Assembly (NCBI GenBank): GCA_051294375.1
Contig: JBJCIZ010000042.1
Span: 62,001 to 126,000 of the forward strand
Length of the DNA stretch: 64,000 nucleotides
Direction: 5' to 3'
Source of the DNA: Paraspadella gotoi
Lineage: Eukaryota > Animalia > Chaetognatha
The notes beneath the pieces were generated by a model. It was given only the letters and a program-made list of their open reading frames with translations. It did not search any database and had not been told where the DNA came from. The position numbers and the translations under genes were made by a program. Below, one piece after another: positions 37,196 through 48,985 of the stretch (position 1 is its first letter; each line of letters starts with the position of its first letter).

Positions 37196-37882
37196 TGAAA
37201 GAGACAGTAATTATTTGTTAATGGACGTTAATAGTGCAGTACCCTGAGCTTGCGATCAGCTGTAACACCCGTGTTACAGGGGGTTAAGCGCCCCGTCCCT
37301 CTTAACTGCAAGCGACCACCGGGCTAGAACCCCGGACCTTTGGGTTGGGAGGCGAATGACTTGCCTCCGGCACCAAATGGCCGCTGATGAACGGTTGGTG
37401 GATTTTTAGTCCACCATAACATCCCCCCTCCCGTAGGAGAAATCTGTTGGTCTCTTCAGTGAATTGTTGTTGTTGGTGGAAAGTTCGTCACCTAAGTTGA
37501 GGCATGTCGCCTGATGTGTTGTTGGGGAAAGTGCATCGCCAGTTGAGGCTGTCGCCTGAAAGTGTTGTTGTTGCTGTTGTGTTCGACGTCGGGCTCACCA
37601 TGAAGAGACAGTAATTATTGATAGTGTTAATGACAGAACCGTTCATATAAGCAGTCCCTGAGCTTCGGATCAGGCTGTAACACCTGGTTTACATAAACGT
37701 TAAGCGCCCCGTCCCTCTTAACTGCGCAGACAAGCGACCTATTTTTTAGGAGTGCTAATAGACCTCACGGATCTTTTGGGTTGTGGATGGCGATATAGAC
37801 TTGCCTCCGGCAGGCCTACCAATATTTTTGGACCAGTCGGATTGAACAGTATGGAGTTTGGATTTTTTTATGTTCCACCATA
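37196..37882 (-). mobile_element. TRIM (non-autonomous mini LTR element) with tRNA-like sequence in its LTRs
   Basis: LTRs at 37601-37882 and 37196-37418; PBS 37583-37600 close to tRNA-Trp (TGGTGACCCCGACGT); PPT 37422-37432; 182-bp non-coding interior; TSD AACT/(t)AACT. Confidence 0.9.
37312..37384 (-). ncRNA. tRNA-derived (Gly-CCC-like) 73-nt segment inside the TRIM LTR
   Basis: GCGGCCA...TGGTCGC forms a 7-bp acceptor stem; TCGCCTCCCA anticodon region; AGGTC-CGGGGTTCTAGCCCGG T-arm/B-box. The D and anticodon stems are imperfect, so this is not a functional tRNA call. Confidence 0.7.
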
Positions 37883-39310
37883 TAACTACATCCATTTACT
37901 TTCAATTTACCTCATTTCTACAGATTGGGCGCTAATTTTTCTTACAGTCGCAGTCATTTATTTTTCACAACGCAACATTTAATTATATATTTCACTAATG
38001 CATTTTTTCAATTTACGTCATTTTAGTTATCATTTGTCATAATTTTGCATAATTTTTTTTTTAACTTGCATCATTTTTCATACTTGCATAATTTCTCTTT
38101 TTACCAACTTGCATATTTTTATTCTTTCAACATGCATAATTTTTTCAACTTGCATAATTTTTTTCAACTTGAATCATTTGCATATTTTTTTCAATCTTGT
38201 ATTTTTTCACTGCATATTTTTTTCAACTTGAATAATTTTTTTCGAAAAACTTGCATAATTTTTTTAAAATTGTATCATTTTTCAATAATTAATTTATATT
38301 AATTAAAAACATTTATTAGAATTCATAAATAAAAAAGATTCAAGAAATATGAATTATGTTTTGTCTCCATTTAAATTCATTCCACAGGCACCAATTCTGT
38401 CAAAATTTATATCTACTTGCTTCTTATCACAACTTTCCTTTTCAATCTATTAATTCAATTATGATTAATTCGAGTAATTATGGGTTAAATAGTAACATTG
38501 CATTAAACAAGATCGTGAAAAAAAAGATTCAAGTAAATGTTGAACTCATTTATTTTTTTTATTTAAAACTCATTTCCACTCGTCAGTTTCCAACGGAAAC
38601 TTTGTATCAAGCTTCGTTCAAACATCCTACCTACGCACAAATTTCACTATCTGATTATCTATTAGATACATTGAGTATTATTGGGTTCAATAAATAAGTG
38701 ACAAAAATTTTGTAATGCACTATTTTTTTCCCATTTAAACTCAATTTCCACTCGGAGACGATTCAAATCGAAAACTTCATATTAGCCTCATCCACACTGT
38801 CTTCAGACCCACAACACAAAATTTATATTCCAATCCATCCACGCCAATCACGAGTATTGGGTGTTTTTGCTAAGATGGGAGGGGATGGACGGATTACCGG
38901 AACATTATATTATATTTTGGCATAATTTTATTTATAATTCTGATTGTTCTGACATTGATTTAAGTTAGTGCCTGACAATATTGAGGGGGCGGACCTACGG
39001 AACGAACAAGTTGGAATTATAGAGTCGGGATCTGCAGGTGATAAGGCAGATCGACTAAAACATCAAACTAATATCTTATCATCTTATCTCTCAGACAGAA
39101 GACCAAATTTCATAGAAAGTAGTAAAGCGAAAATGCTCATAGTAGGAAGAAAGTAAGTAGAGCAAATCCGTGCACGTAGGAATGAGAAAAAAATTTAAGG
39201 TGAACGAAAAAAATTAAAAAAAAAGGAACAATATTTCCAAATAAAAAAATTTTACAATTTCTGGCATTCAAATCAGTAATTTAAAGTAATGGACTAAAGG
39301 GTACTTTTTT

Positions 39311-40050
39311 AGTCGGATCTGCTTATCAGCAGATCCCGACTCTATAATTCACTTTGGTCGTCCGCCCCTCAATATTGTCGGGCACACACTTATATCATGT
39401 CAGAACATCGAATTATGATAAATTATGCAAAAAAATATGTCTGTCTGTCCTGCCGTCCGTCTCCTACCTTAGCAAAAAACACCAATTACTTCGTGATTGG
39501 ATGATGGATTTGAATGAAATTTTGTGTGTGGTAGGAAGTGTGTGATTGAGCTGATATGAAGTTTCGATGGAATCGTCGAGTGGAAATGAGTTTAAATGGA
39601 AAAAAAAAAAATATATTTCACTATTTGAACACCATTGCTCATGAGTGGATGGGGCGATTGACCTGAATTTTGTATGTGGGTAGGAAAGGTGTGATTGAAG
39701 CTGGAAATCAAGTTTCGATGGAATCGTGAGTGGAAATGAGTTTAAATGGAAAAAACAAAAAACCTGTTTCACTATTGATTATGCTTTTCCTTTTATATTA
39801 AATGTAAATGCAAGATGTATTAATTAATAATTAATATAATTAATCAATTAGTCAATTAATTATAAATATTTAATTAGTCAATAAATCAATCAATATCAAA
39901 CATTCGCGATAAAAACTAAACAAAACTTTGGAATCAAATTAATTAATTAATTATATTAATTCATTAATTAATTAAAATTAATTTAATTTTAATTAATTAA
40001 TTACCAATAATGATCTGGGCAGATCGACATTGTTTGCCTCAAAACTTGTT
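39311..40050 (+). mobile_element. HINE copy, head-to-head with 37014-39060
   Basis: agtcggatctgc..gcagatcccgact 5' end, GTCC repeats, 3' gcagatcgacattgtttgcctcaaaacttgtt, T-runs on both sides. Confidence 0.7.
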
Positions 40051-40718
40051 TTTTATAGCTTTTCATACTTTGTTAAAATTTTTAGAAAACACAATTTTGA
40101 GGGGGTGCGGACCCGACGGACGCGATCGAAAGTGAATTTAATGTCCGGGATCATAAAAATAATAACGAAACGGAAAACAAAGCGAATTGATAAAATAAAG
40201 AATTAAAAAATAAGTATTAAAAAATGACTGGATTAAATAAAGAAGGAATCAAAGGAAAGCTCGAAAGCATATTATTGTTGTCGTCATCTCCTGCCATTTG
40301 CTTTTTGTCCGTGATTAGTTGTGAAAGTCTAATAAAAACATTTTGGATCAAATTAATTAATTTATAATTGCTAAATTACGCTAAAATGGATCGTGGGCAT
40401 ATCCGACATTAGTTGCTCAAACTTGTTTTGAATTCTTGACGAGGCTTTAGGCGGGTGTAAAAAAGATCGACCGAGTAGATAATGAGAACGAAGACAATTA
40501 ACTACACTGCCCTCCAAAATCGTAGGATTTTAATTATCTTACCTACGAATTAAAAATGTTTGGCTGCCTGTCGGTTTTTTGTGCTATTCTTTGTAGCAAG
40601 AATTTTAAAAATTGGCGTCAATAAAAGGGAAGATATTGTTCTTTTAAAGATTCATCGATATTCGTTGCATATTTAGGATTCATTGAAATTTTCTCCATTA
40701 ATTTGATTTATTTAAAAA

Positions 40719-40964
40719 TGAAGAGACCAGTGGATAATTGTTATGTATAATGGACAGGAACCGTTCAATATAAGCAGTCCCTGAGCTTTCATATCAGGCT
40801 GTAACCCGTGTTACAGGCGGGTTAAAGCAGCCCGTCCCTCCTTAACTGCTTAGTGGGCCACGCGGGCTATAACCGCCGGAGCCTTTGGGTTGGGGGCGAA
40901 TGACCTTGCTCCGTGCACTAATGGGTCGGCTGATGAAGCGAGTTGGTGGAATTTAGTCCACATA
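40719..40964 (-). mobile_element. Solo LTR of the tRNA-bearing TRIM
   Basis: Matches 37196-37418; AAAA on both sides. Confidence 0.85.
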
Positions 40965-41510
40965 AAAATGAAATGGTTTTTTCTTAAATCAAAATATCTT
41001 GTGTGATTAAGGAAGTAGTGAAAGTTGCAGATCAATTTCGAATAGTTGTATCATAAACCAGTCTGTACTTGAAGAACCTTGAATATAGTAATACCATAAG
41101 CTTGTTTTTTTGTCGATACTGGCGCTGATCGCTGTGCTTATAATATATGTGTCTGGTCTCTGTAACAATAGGCGCTAGCAATGCTAGCATAGTGGTATGA
41201 GTGGGAGAAGGAGATGAACGCAATGGGATCATTTTTTCCAAATAGGCCGATTTACTTTTGGCCCTCTAACGCGTTCTTTGGTTTTCCAGCTAATTCTCCC
41301 AATGTCAGAGGCAGAAATCGTTAACATCCGAAAAATAATTTTCTAAAAACTGTTTCACACAAATGTTAATATATTTAAATTATTTATATATTAATTATTA
41401 AATATGAGCACTTAAGAGATTAATTAATAAATTAATTCTTCCTTCTATTCTAAGTTTGAAACAATTCCGCATGCTCGGATTTTGGTAATCTCCGCGAAAA
41501 TTGTACTCGT

Positions 41511-41760
41511 TGAAGAGACAGTAGTTATTGGATATGTTGTTGTCGACAGAACCGTTCAATATAAGGCAGTCGCTGAGTCTTCGGATCAAGGCTGTACACC
41601 GTGGTTAGCAGGGCGGGATAGAGCGCCCCGTCTCCTCTTTAACTGCTAAGGCGACCAACGCGGGCTTAGAACCCGGACCTTTGGGTTGGGCAGGCAAAAG
41701 ACTTGCCTCCGGCACCAATGGCCGCTGATGAAACAGTTGTGTTGTATTTTAGTCACCATA
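41511..41760 (-). mobile_element. Solo LTR of the tRNA-bearing TRIM
   Basis: Matches 37196-37418; perfect TSD TCGT (41507-41510 / 41761-41764). Confidence 0.9.
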
Positions 41761-42069
41761 TCGTCTCTAAAATATACGCTTGGTAGTTCTAATTAAGTGT
41801 ATTAAATATTTAAGGTATTTTAGTATAGTAGCATTTTTATAGTCTTCCTACTCCTTATGGTTAGAGCCAAAACTTCGTCAAATGGTGGGGTGGGTCAGAA
41901 GTTTGATTTGGGAACCTTCAAATGAAAGCTCATACATTTCGTGAGAAAATTTCAATGGAGCCAAAATTTTTCTTAAAAATGCAAGAAGCAATAGTATTAA
42001 TTTTTTAATATTTTTTATAATAGGAAATGTCAAAAAATTTTTTTTTGAATTTTTTATTTTTAAAAGCAG

Positions 42070-44542
42070 CATTCACAGATGAATGAAACCCCGGAAACAG
42101 AGGAAAAGATTAAGGAAGAGGATTCCGGAAGAGGAAGAAGATTCTGGAATGATTTCGAATGGGATTTTGGAAGCCAAATCCAGAAAAGGAACAATAGTTT
42201 CCGGAAGAGAAAAAGAAGGTTCCAGAAGAGGAAGAGGAGGATTCCGGAAGAGGAATCTGGCTTCGTCTACTTGCCCCATTATAAATAGCCTCTGTTTCTG
42301 CTTTGATTCATTCTGTCCAAATATTGACACGTCTTCTGTCTACGTTCTGTAATATAAATTCCACTTTTGGTTTCATGCGAAATCCCGTCTTCTTACTTAA
42401 TGTGTGACAGGGACGTGGATCATTCGACAGTGCGTCCACTCTCCAAGACAGAAGCCCAGCCTTATCGGCACCCGACAGAAGCTACTTTTTTTCCACTAAG
42501 GTTTCTGGCCGGGGGAAAGTGGTTGGAGTCCAGAAGAATGCCATTTGCTGGTTGCTTTGAGCGGCTAGCTCGCTCTGTCCAAAAAGAAGAGCCAAGCCTT
42601 ATCCACTACGACCACGCTACCTCTCAAGAAAATGGATTCTCTGGCTCCAACCATTCCCCCGGCCAAAACCTCGTGGAAAAAAAGGAGCCGCGGCGCCACC
42701 CATGAGCGCCGCAACAAACGAAGACGGTAGCAGCCACCGTGGGGACCTTGAATATCACACCTTCGACCGCACGGGAGCTCTACTAGAGCAATGCCAATTA
42801 AGGACACCACAAGCGGAAGCGACGCGTCAAATCCTGACGCTCATAAACAATGCCAATCTAAAAAACGATCAAAATCATGCAAGGATGAACAAGAGGTTCG
42901 AGGAGACCGAGAGCAAACTTGGCTCCAAAATAGACGACATCCATGAGATGATGAAACTCATGATGGCTCGTGACAACAAGCGCGTTGAACATCTAAAAAG
43001 CAGCGGGCATGCGCCCCGGCCGCCCCCCAAACACCGGGGGGTAAAAGGTCGGTGCGTGGGGTGGGGTGTCACTAACGCTACGCCGGGCCCTCCATGCGCA
43101 ACCTCTACCCAGTGACGCAGCGCCCCCATCGCGGCGCGCCGTCGGCCACAAGACAAGGCCGCCGGCTGGCCGCCCGGGGCGCGCCGGCGGGCGCCCCGCC
43201 GCGGCGGGCGCTCGTGGATCGCTTTTCAGGCAATGCCAATAGCATTGTCAAGAAGTAGCGCTAATCGTCGGCCCGTAGGAACACTCCCTCTAGAATAGGG
43301 CGGGAGAGCGACGCTGGCGCCTCTTACAGCACCGCGTCGATGGCAAGCGGCCTAATCATAAGCTGGGCGAAAAGAGGAGAAGGCGAAGCGAAGCTGTCGC
43401 GGAAATTTCCATTCGTAGGCGTTTTACGAAGCCTTTAGGACTCCCGCTAACCACCCAAGACAAAAGTTATGATCGGGGGCAGCTAGCGCGGCCTGGGCTC
43501 TCTGGCCTGTGCGAAATAAGGTTTGCAAGGCGATTCGCTGAACCAAATAACCTAGTCATGTGGTCTGGATTGCGCAGCCGCTGTGTGAAACTGCCTGCGG
43601 TGGAGCATGCCGAAGCTGCTCGGCGGCAGAAGCGAAAGATTTGTAGTCCATGCTCATGGTTCTACGCAAAAATACGGTGCCTGGCGGCTCTGGTAAACGC
43701 GCAGGCTAAAGAAAGCTTCGAGCGTGAGTGGAGAAGGATAGGCCTCGCAGTACCCAGACTATGTAGCTCAACTGATGCGTGTGGAGGCGCCCTAGAAACG
43801 GCGCAATTTACGTGGTGGCCGATAACCGCGCGTGGAACCCTAAAAATGTTGGAAAGAGGGAGAGCGAGACGCTCTTCGGCAAAGCAATCGAATTCAATTG
43901 CGCGGGTCTACCTTGAAGAAGTACGACGACCAACTCGGCGTCTTAGGGTAAGTACTGTGCGTGCAGAGCTGTCTACAGTATGNNNNNNNNNNNNNNNNNN
44001 NNNNNNNTAAAAAACTGATCAAAATCATGCAAGGATTGCAAAAGAGGTTCGAGGAGACGCACGAGAGCAAACTTGCGCTCCAATAATTAGGACGACATCG
44101 CATGAGATGGATGAAACTCATGATTGGCTCGTGACACAACCGTGACATCAAAACACGGCCAACACAACTGTCACAACAAACCACGCCCCCTCCATCCAAC
44201 CTCTACCCCAGTCCCTGCGCCCTCGCGGCCGCCGTCGCCACAGGACAACCTCGTGGACCTTTCACCAACCAAACATTGGTCAAGGAGTACCAATCGTCGC
44301 CCGAGGAAACTCCCTCGGAAAGCGGGAGAAGCGACCCGCCCTCTTACACACCCGTCGAGCAGCCAATCAAGCTCGAAAAGAGGAAAGGCGACGAAGCTCC
44401 GGAAGATTTCCTTCGTAGCTTTTATGAAGCCTTTAAAGACTCCCCAACACCAGACAAAGTAGATCAGCAGCTGCGCGCCCTCCTGGTCCGAGATAAGGTT
44501 GCAAGCAGATTCCTGGAACCAATAAACCAGTCCATGTGGCTG
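42070..44542 (+). mobile_element. Family A 5' LTR (42070-42402) and gag fragments
   Basis: Matches 5321-6500. 44008-44542 repeats the noisy 42850-43560 segment across a gap. Confidence 0.88.
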
Positions 44543-44927
44543 GGTTTTTAGTTTCAAAAATATTCACTCCACCTTTTTCCCTCTCTTTAGTCAGACGTAC
44601 AACTTATTATTTTATTCGTCCTTTTTCCTCCTTTTCAATAAACGCCTTTTTTCTCTCATTCGAATCTTATTTTGCCAGAGACATGATTATAGGGTGGCGC
44701 CCAATGTGGGACGTCGTCCTTTAACCACGTTTCGCCCCTCTCTTTTTCACCTCTCTTTTTCCTCTCTTTTGCAACACTACTCAAAAAAAAATATATATTT
44801 TTTTTTTCCGTCGTCCGTTCTCGAACGACAGTTTTTTTTCTCTCTCTCTCTCTTTCCAACTGAAAAGCGGAGAAGAAAGGAAGGCAGGGCAGGAAGGCGT
44901 TAACCAATTTTTCCCTCAGGAACGCCA

Positions 44928-45270
44928 AAGGGAAACGACGCTTTCCCCCGGGCTTCTCTGACAGGAGAAGGGCCGCGCAGGACTAAGTGAGAGGGGAAAC
45001 GACGTTTTCCCAGGCCTTCTCTGACAGGAGAAGGGCCGCGCTAAGTGAGAAGGGAAACAACGTTTTCCCTGGCCTTCTCTGACAGGAGAAGGGCCGCGCT
45101 AAGTGAGAAGGGAAACGACATTTTCCCTGGCCTTCTCTGACAGGAGAAGGGCCGCGCTAAGTGAGAAGGGAAACGACGTTTTCCCTGGCCTTCTCTGACA
45201 GGAGTGAAAGAGAAGGGAAAAACGGCGTTTTTTTTTCCTGGACTTCTCTGTCAGGGGAAGGGCCGCGCTG
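44928..45270 (+). repeat. 58-bp tandem double-hairpin repeats in the family B leader
   Basis: Unit agtgagaagggaaacgacgttttccctggccttctctgacaggagaagggccgcgcta, about 5-6 copies; also at 49520-49960 and 56325-56715. Confidence 0.85.
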
Positions 45271-45877
45271 AAAAAAGAGAGAGGTGAGACGCAGGATGGC
45301 GCGATGATTGACGAGTTAAGCCGCCAACAGCTCCGGGAAATATTTGAGTTTTGGCTACTCCACCCGCCAGTAGCGTCAGAGTCGCCGCAGGTGCTGCAGC
45401 ACGCTAGCTTATCGTTTACCGAGATCAATCCAAACGTCCCGCAGAACGCCGCCTATCGCGTAGTCCACGGTTGTCGACGTCTTTCCGGACGGCAGTCGGG
45501 AGGTCGTTCACAGGTTCTCGAACCTAAAGGGGGAGGTATGCGTTGCGACGTGCGGGAGCTCGCCGCCGACATCTCTGTCCGAGCCAAAAGACCTCACGTG
45601 TCCGCCTACGCAGCCGCCGCCGGAAGAGCAGCGTATAGAGAGAGAGTAGGTCCCTTTGTGCCGGCCAGATGCCGAGAACGGAGGCGGTCACCGTCCCCAT
45701 CGAAGTGAAAATCGTCGACGGCCTCCTCTACATTGATCCGCCGCCACAATTCGCCGATGTGATCCGGCCGATGATTATTGACCTTTGACCCGCCCTCCGC
45801 CAGTTTGACGACGCCAAAGCGAAAGCGGATAAATCGGTGGCGTAAGGGAATGACGGAGAAAAGAGATAGAGAAACTA

Positions 45878-46063
45878 ATGGAGGGAAATGATGGGAAAGT
45901 GATTGAAATCCCCACCATCGTCAAAGACGGGAAGCTGATTATCGTGCCGCCCCCTATGTACGCCGCCCTTGGCTTTACCCCGACCGCGGTACCGCTCGCT
46001 AAAGCCGACAAGGAGCCGGTCCCGCCGACGCCGAAAACATCTGAAAAAAAGAGAGAGAATTAA
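45878..46063 (+). CDS. Family B small accessory ORF-B (61 aa)
   Basis: MEGNDGKVIEIPTIVKDGKLIIVPPPMYAALGF...; present in all three copies (57377-57561 with indels); motif shared with ORF-A. Confidence 0.45.
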   Translation: MEGNDGKVIEIPTIVKDGKLIIVPPPMYAALGFTPTAVPLAKADKEPVPPTPKTSEKKREN

Positions 46064-48985
46064 GATCGAGGTCATGAGTACCCAATTTTTCGCGGCCGCC
46101 TTCTCTCTCTTTGTTATTGTTAAAGAAATAGTTTTCGCTTCCTTTTGGTCTCGTCGTTTTTTTTGATTTCTCGTTTCTATCGACTTTAAATTTGGTCGCT
46201 TTCTCCAAAAGGTCGGACCGACCTCCACATTCCGAGACCCGATCGGCCGAAAATTTCTTTCACCGCTTATCTAAACGACCGGTGATTAGAAATCGAGCAT
46301 CGGCGAAAGAGAGAGGGGTCGGGAGAAAGAGAAAGAAAGAAGGAAGGGGGTTAAGAGAAAGAACGAGAATAAGATAACCGACGCCGAAACAAAAGAAATA
46401 AAATTTTAAAAGTCGTTTCAAAAAATTCGGGAATTAGGTGATAAATCGGGCTGATAGCTGTCGAGAAAGGGTTTTCAAACCCGATAAGAATCGAGACAGT
46501 CGGGCCGCCCTCCCGAAGCATTTATTTGAAAGTAATAAAATAAAATAAAAAAATAAGAGAAGGACGTCCGAGGACACGTCGACCTGAAGAAATAAAAGTT
46601 TCCAATTTTCCCCTTCAAAATAAAAGAGGATAAAGACAAAAAAAAAAAAGAAAGAAGGAATTCTGATTATGAAAGAAGGAATTCTGATTATGAAAGAAGG
46701 GAGAAAGGTGGATGGTTTACCTTCAGTGACATGAGTGACGGACCGACCGCTCCCAATTCGCGTGTAGGCGACTGCCAACGCCGGCCGAATTTTCGTGACG
46801 CGGACGGCAACTGGTGGACAACTGAAGAGGCTTATTTGCATACTAGTGACTGTCCCCAGTGTCGCGTCTACTTTTTCTGCCCTATGTGCGGCAGCTTCTC
46901 GCATCCCATCCATNNNNNNNNNNACGCCCAAACAGGAGGTAATAAACATGGCGGAGCCACAGAAGGCGATCACGGCGCCACCGGAAGTGATTCCGGAGAG
47001 CGATAGAGAAAAGGAAGAGACGAGACCGCGCGGCCGCGGCCTTTCACGTGCAGATTCCCTGGATTACAGCTGGCAGACGATGCAATGAGCGCGTTCCCGA
47101 TCACGTGACCCGAGCGCTGATCGAACGCCCCATTCGGAATCAGGGGCGTTGCTCCCACAATTTTCCGTCCGGCGCCAAACGCCGCCCCCCTTCAATTCGG
47201 ACTCATCCGAGGAGGACGAAATAAAATCCGTACGAGAGCGCTTTCAGCTGCTCGATGTGGTGCGGACGGATAATGAAAAACTGCAGCAGGACTTGGCCTC
47301 TGTGGCGTCACAGTCGTCGATGATTCACGGCGAGAACGAGCAATTGAAACGGGCGTTAGATGACGCTGAATCAGAAATGGTCAACTACAAAGACCAGAAT
47401 ACAGATTTAGCGCAGGAAAACGCCGAGCTGCGGGAGGCGCTAGAATTTTTTAAGACTCAGATCCACACCAAAAACGCCCAGGAGGCGTCCGTCGAGCTAA
47501 GGAAGCGTAAAACGGAAGACGACGCCGCGTCAGTGGCCACTTCCGGTTTAACGGAGGCAGATAGCGCGCGACGAATCGATGAAACGGCGTCCTTGCCACA
47601 ATCGACGGCGTTAAGCCGCCCTTTTTCCGACGAGACGCTCAGATGCGTCCGCTCAGCACCGGTTTCACCGCTGAAAAAGAAATCGGCGACGGAGGACGAG
47701 GTTGAGAGATTGAGAGAGATGCTGAAACGCGCCGAGGCCAAAGGAGAAAAATATAGAGAACGATTGAAAGAGGTGAAATCGATGGTCAGCGGCGTTCGAG
47801 GCTTCACGGCGGNNNNNNNNNNNNNNNNNNNNNNNNNNNNNNNNNNNNNNNNNNNNNNNNNNNNNNNNNNNNNNNNNNNNNNNNNNNNNNNNNNNNNNNN
47901 NNNNNNNNNNNNNNNNNNNNNNNNNNNNNNNNNNNNNNNNNNNNNNNNNNNNNNNNNNNNNNNNNNNNNNNNNNNNNNNNNNNNNNNNNNNNNNNNNNNN
48001 NNNNNNNNNNNNNNNNNNNNNNNNNNNNNNNNNNNNNNNNNNNNNNNNNNNNNNNNNNNNNNNNNNNNNNNNNNNNNNNNNNNNNNNNNNNNNNNNNNNN
48101 NNATCCGCCGGAAACGTCGTCAGACGCGTCGCGTTACCTTGATGACATGAAAGCAAAATTTTTTCCACGAAGAGAGCACCACCCGATGTTTACGGATTAT
48201 CTCAAGTCGTTGAGAACGTTTGTCAACCGCTTATAGATAGGGAAGCCAGGTACTCTGGAGGATGAATAAACGAGACTGTGAAAAGAGAATCTTGATTGAA
48301 AGCTTGCAGGGACCCTGCTATGTGCATTAATCTCGTAAGAGTGATGGAGGCCTTAAACCACGCAAAGGCATGGATAAGTTTTATATTGGGTTGTAGCCAA
48401 TTTCATATAGAAAAATGACACAAAGCCAAAAATTTCATTTAACAAATGATAAAGTTCAAAGTTCATACCCATAAACGGGGATAAAAGATTTAATGAAAAT
48501 CGACGTAAGTAAAACACGTTGTGAACCGGGTTTGTTTTCCATATATATACGTATTTAACCCCAATCCTGCGATCCTTAAAGTCTTAGGAACCGCAATTCC
48601 CCGCTTATTCTCTCCACAAAAAATTAGAGAAAAAAAATGTTTTCTCTCGCAAATCACCAATAATCTCTCCAATCGCAGTCGCGAAAGTCCACGAAATTGC
48701 CACTATGGGTCGCAGCCTGCGTCGGGCGCGACGTCTCCGCTGCATAAGGATACCAACGCCGCCAAGAGGGCCGTGGGCGAAGGAAACCGCTCGACCATCG
48801 GAGATCTCTCTCTACTCTTACATCGCGACCAAATCAGAGAACGTTTCCACTCGCCTTCGAAATATTGACGGCGGAAAGGCGTTGACACCGTCAAACACAA
48901 GGTGAACCACCAGCACGAATACAACGAATGTTATTTTCGTCGTTTGATTTTTGGATAATAATTGGAATATATTAGTTTCGAATGA

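Larger units (their letters stand above)
37014..39060 (-). mobile_element. HINE copy containing the satellite and the TRIM
   Basis: 3' end aacaagtttgagcaa..tgtcggatctgc at 37014; 5' palindrome agtcgggatctgc..gcagatcgact at 39023-39056; flanked by A-runs. Confidence 0.65.
44543..48230 (+). mobile_element. Gypsy family B copy 1 (partial LTR, PBS, leader, extra ORFs, gag 5' part)
   Basis: LTR part 44543-44694, PBS TGGCGCCCAATGTGGG at 44695, ORFs at 45304, 45878 and 46731, gag ATG at 46948. Confidence 0.85.

Noticed and set aside
37384-37420. CTGATGA followed by a hairpin in the TRIM LTR (possible retrozyme hammerhead)
   Set aside because: No GAAA after the hairpin and no stem I/III; it is also antisense to the element.
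41032-41330. Coding-like patch (also 4260-4900, 28380-28950, 48240-48950)
   Set aside because: No recognisable motif or consistent exon structure by eye; a translated search is needed.
42975-43400. Very GC-rich island inside family A gag
   Set aside because: Still loosely collinear with gag and re-represented cleanly at 44008-44542; most likely low-quality read sequence.
46934-46950. Shine-Dalgarno-like AGGAGGT 7 nt before the family B gag ATG
   Set aside because: The other two copies read AGGAGGGT and the context is eukaryotic; probably coincidence.
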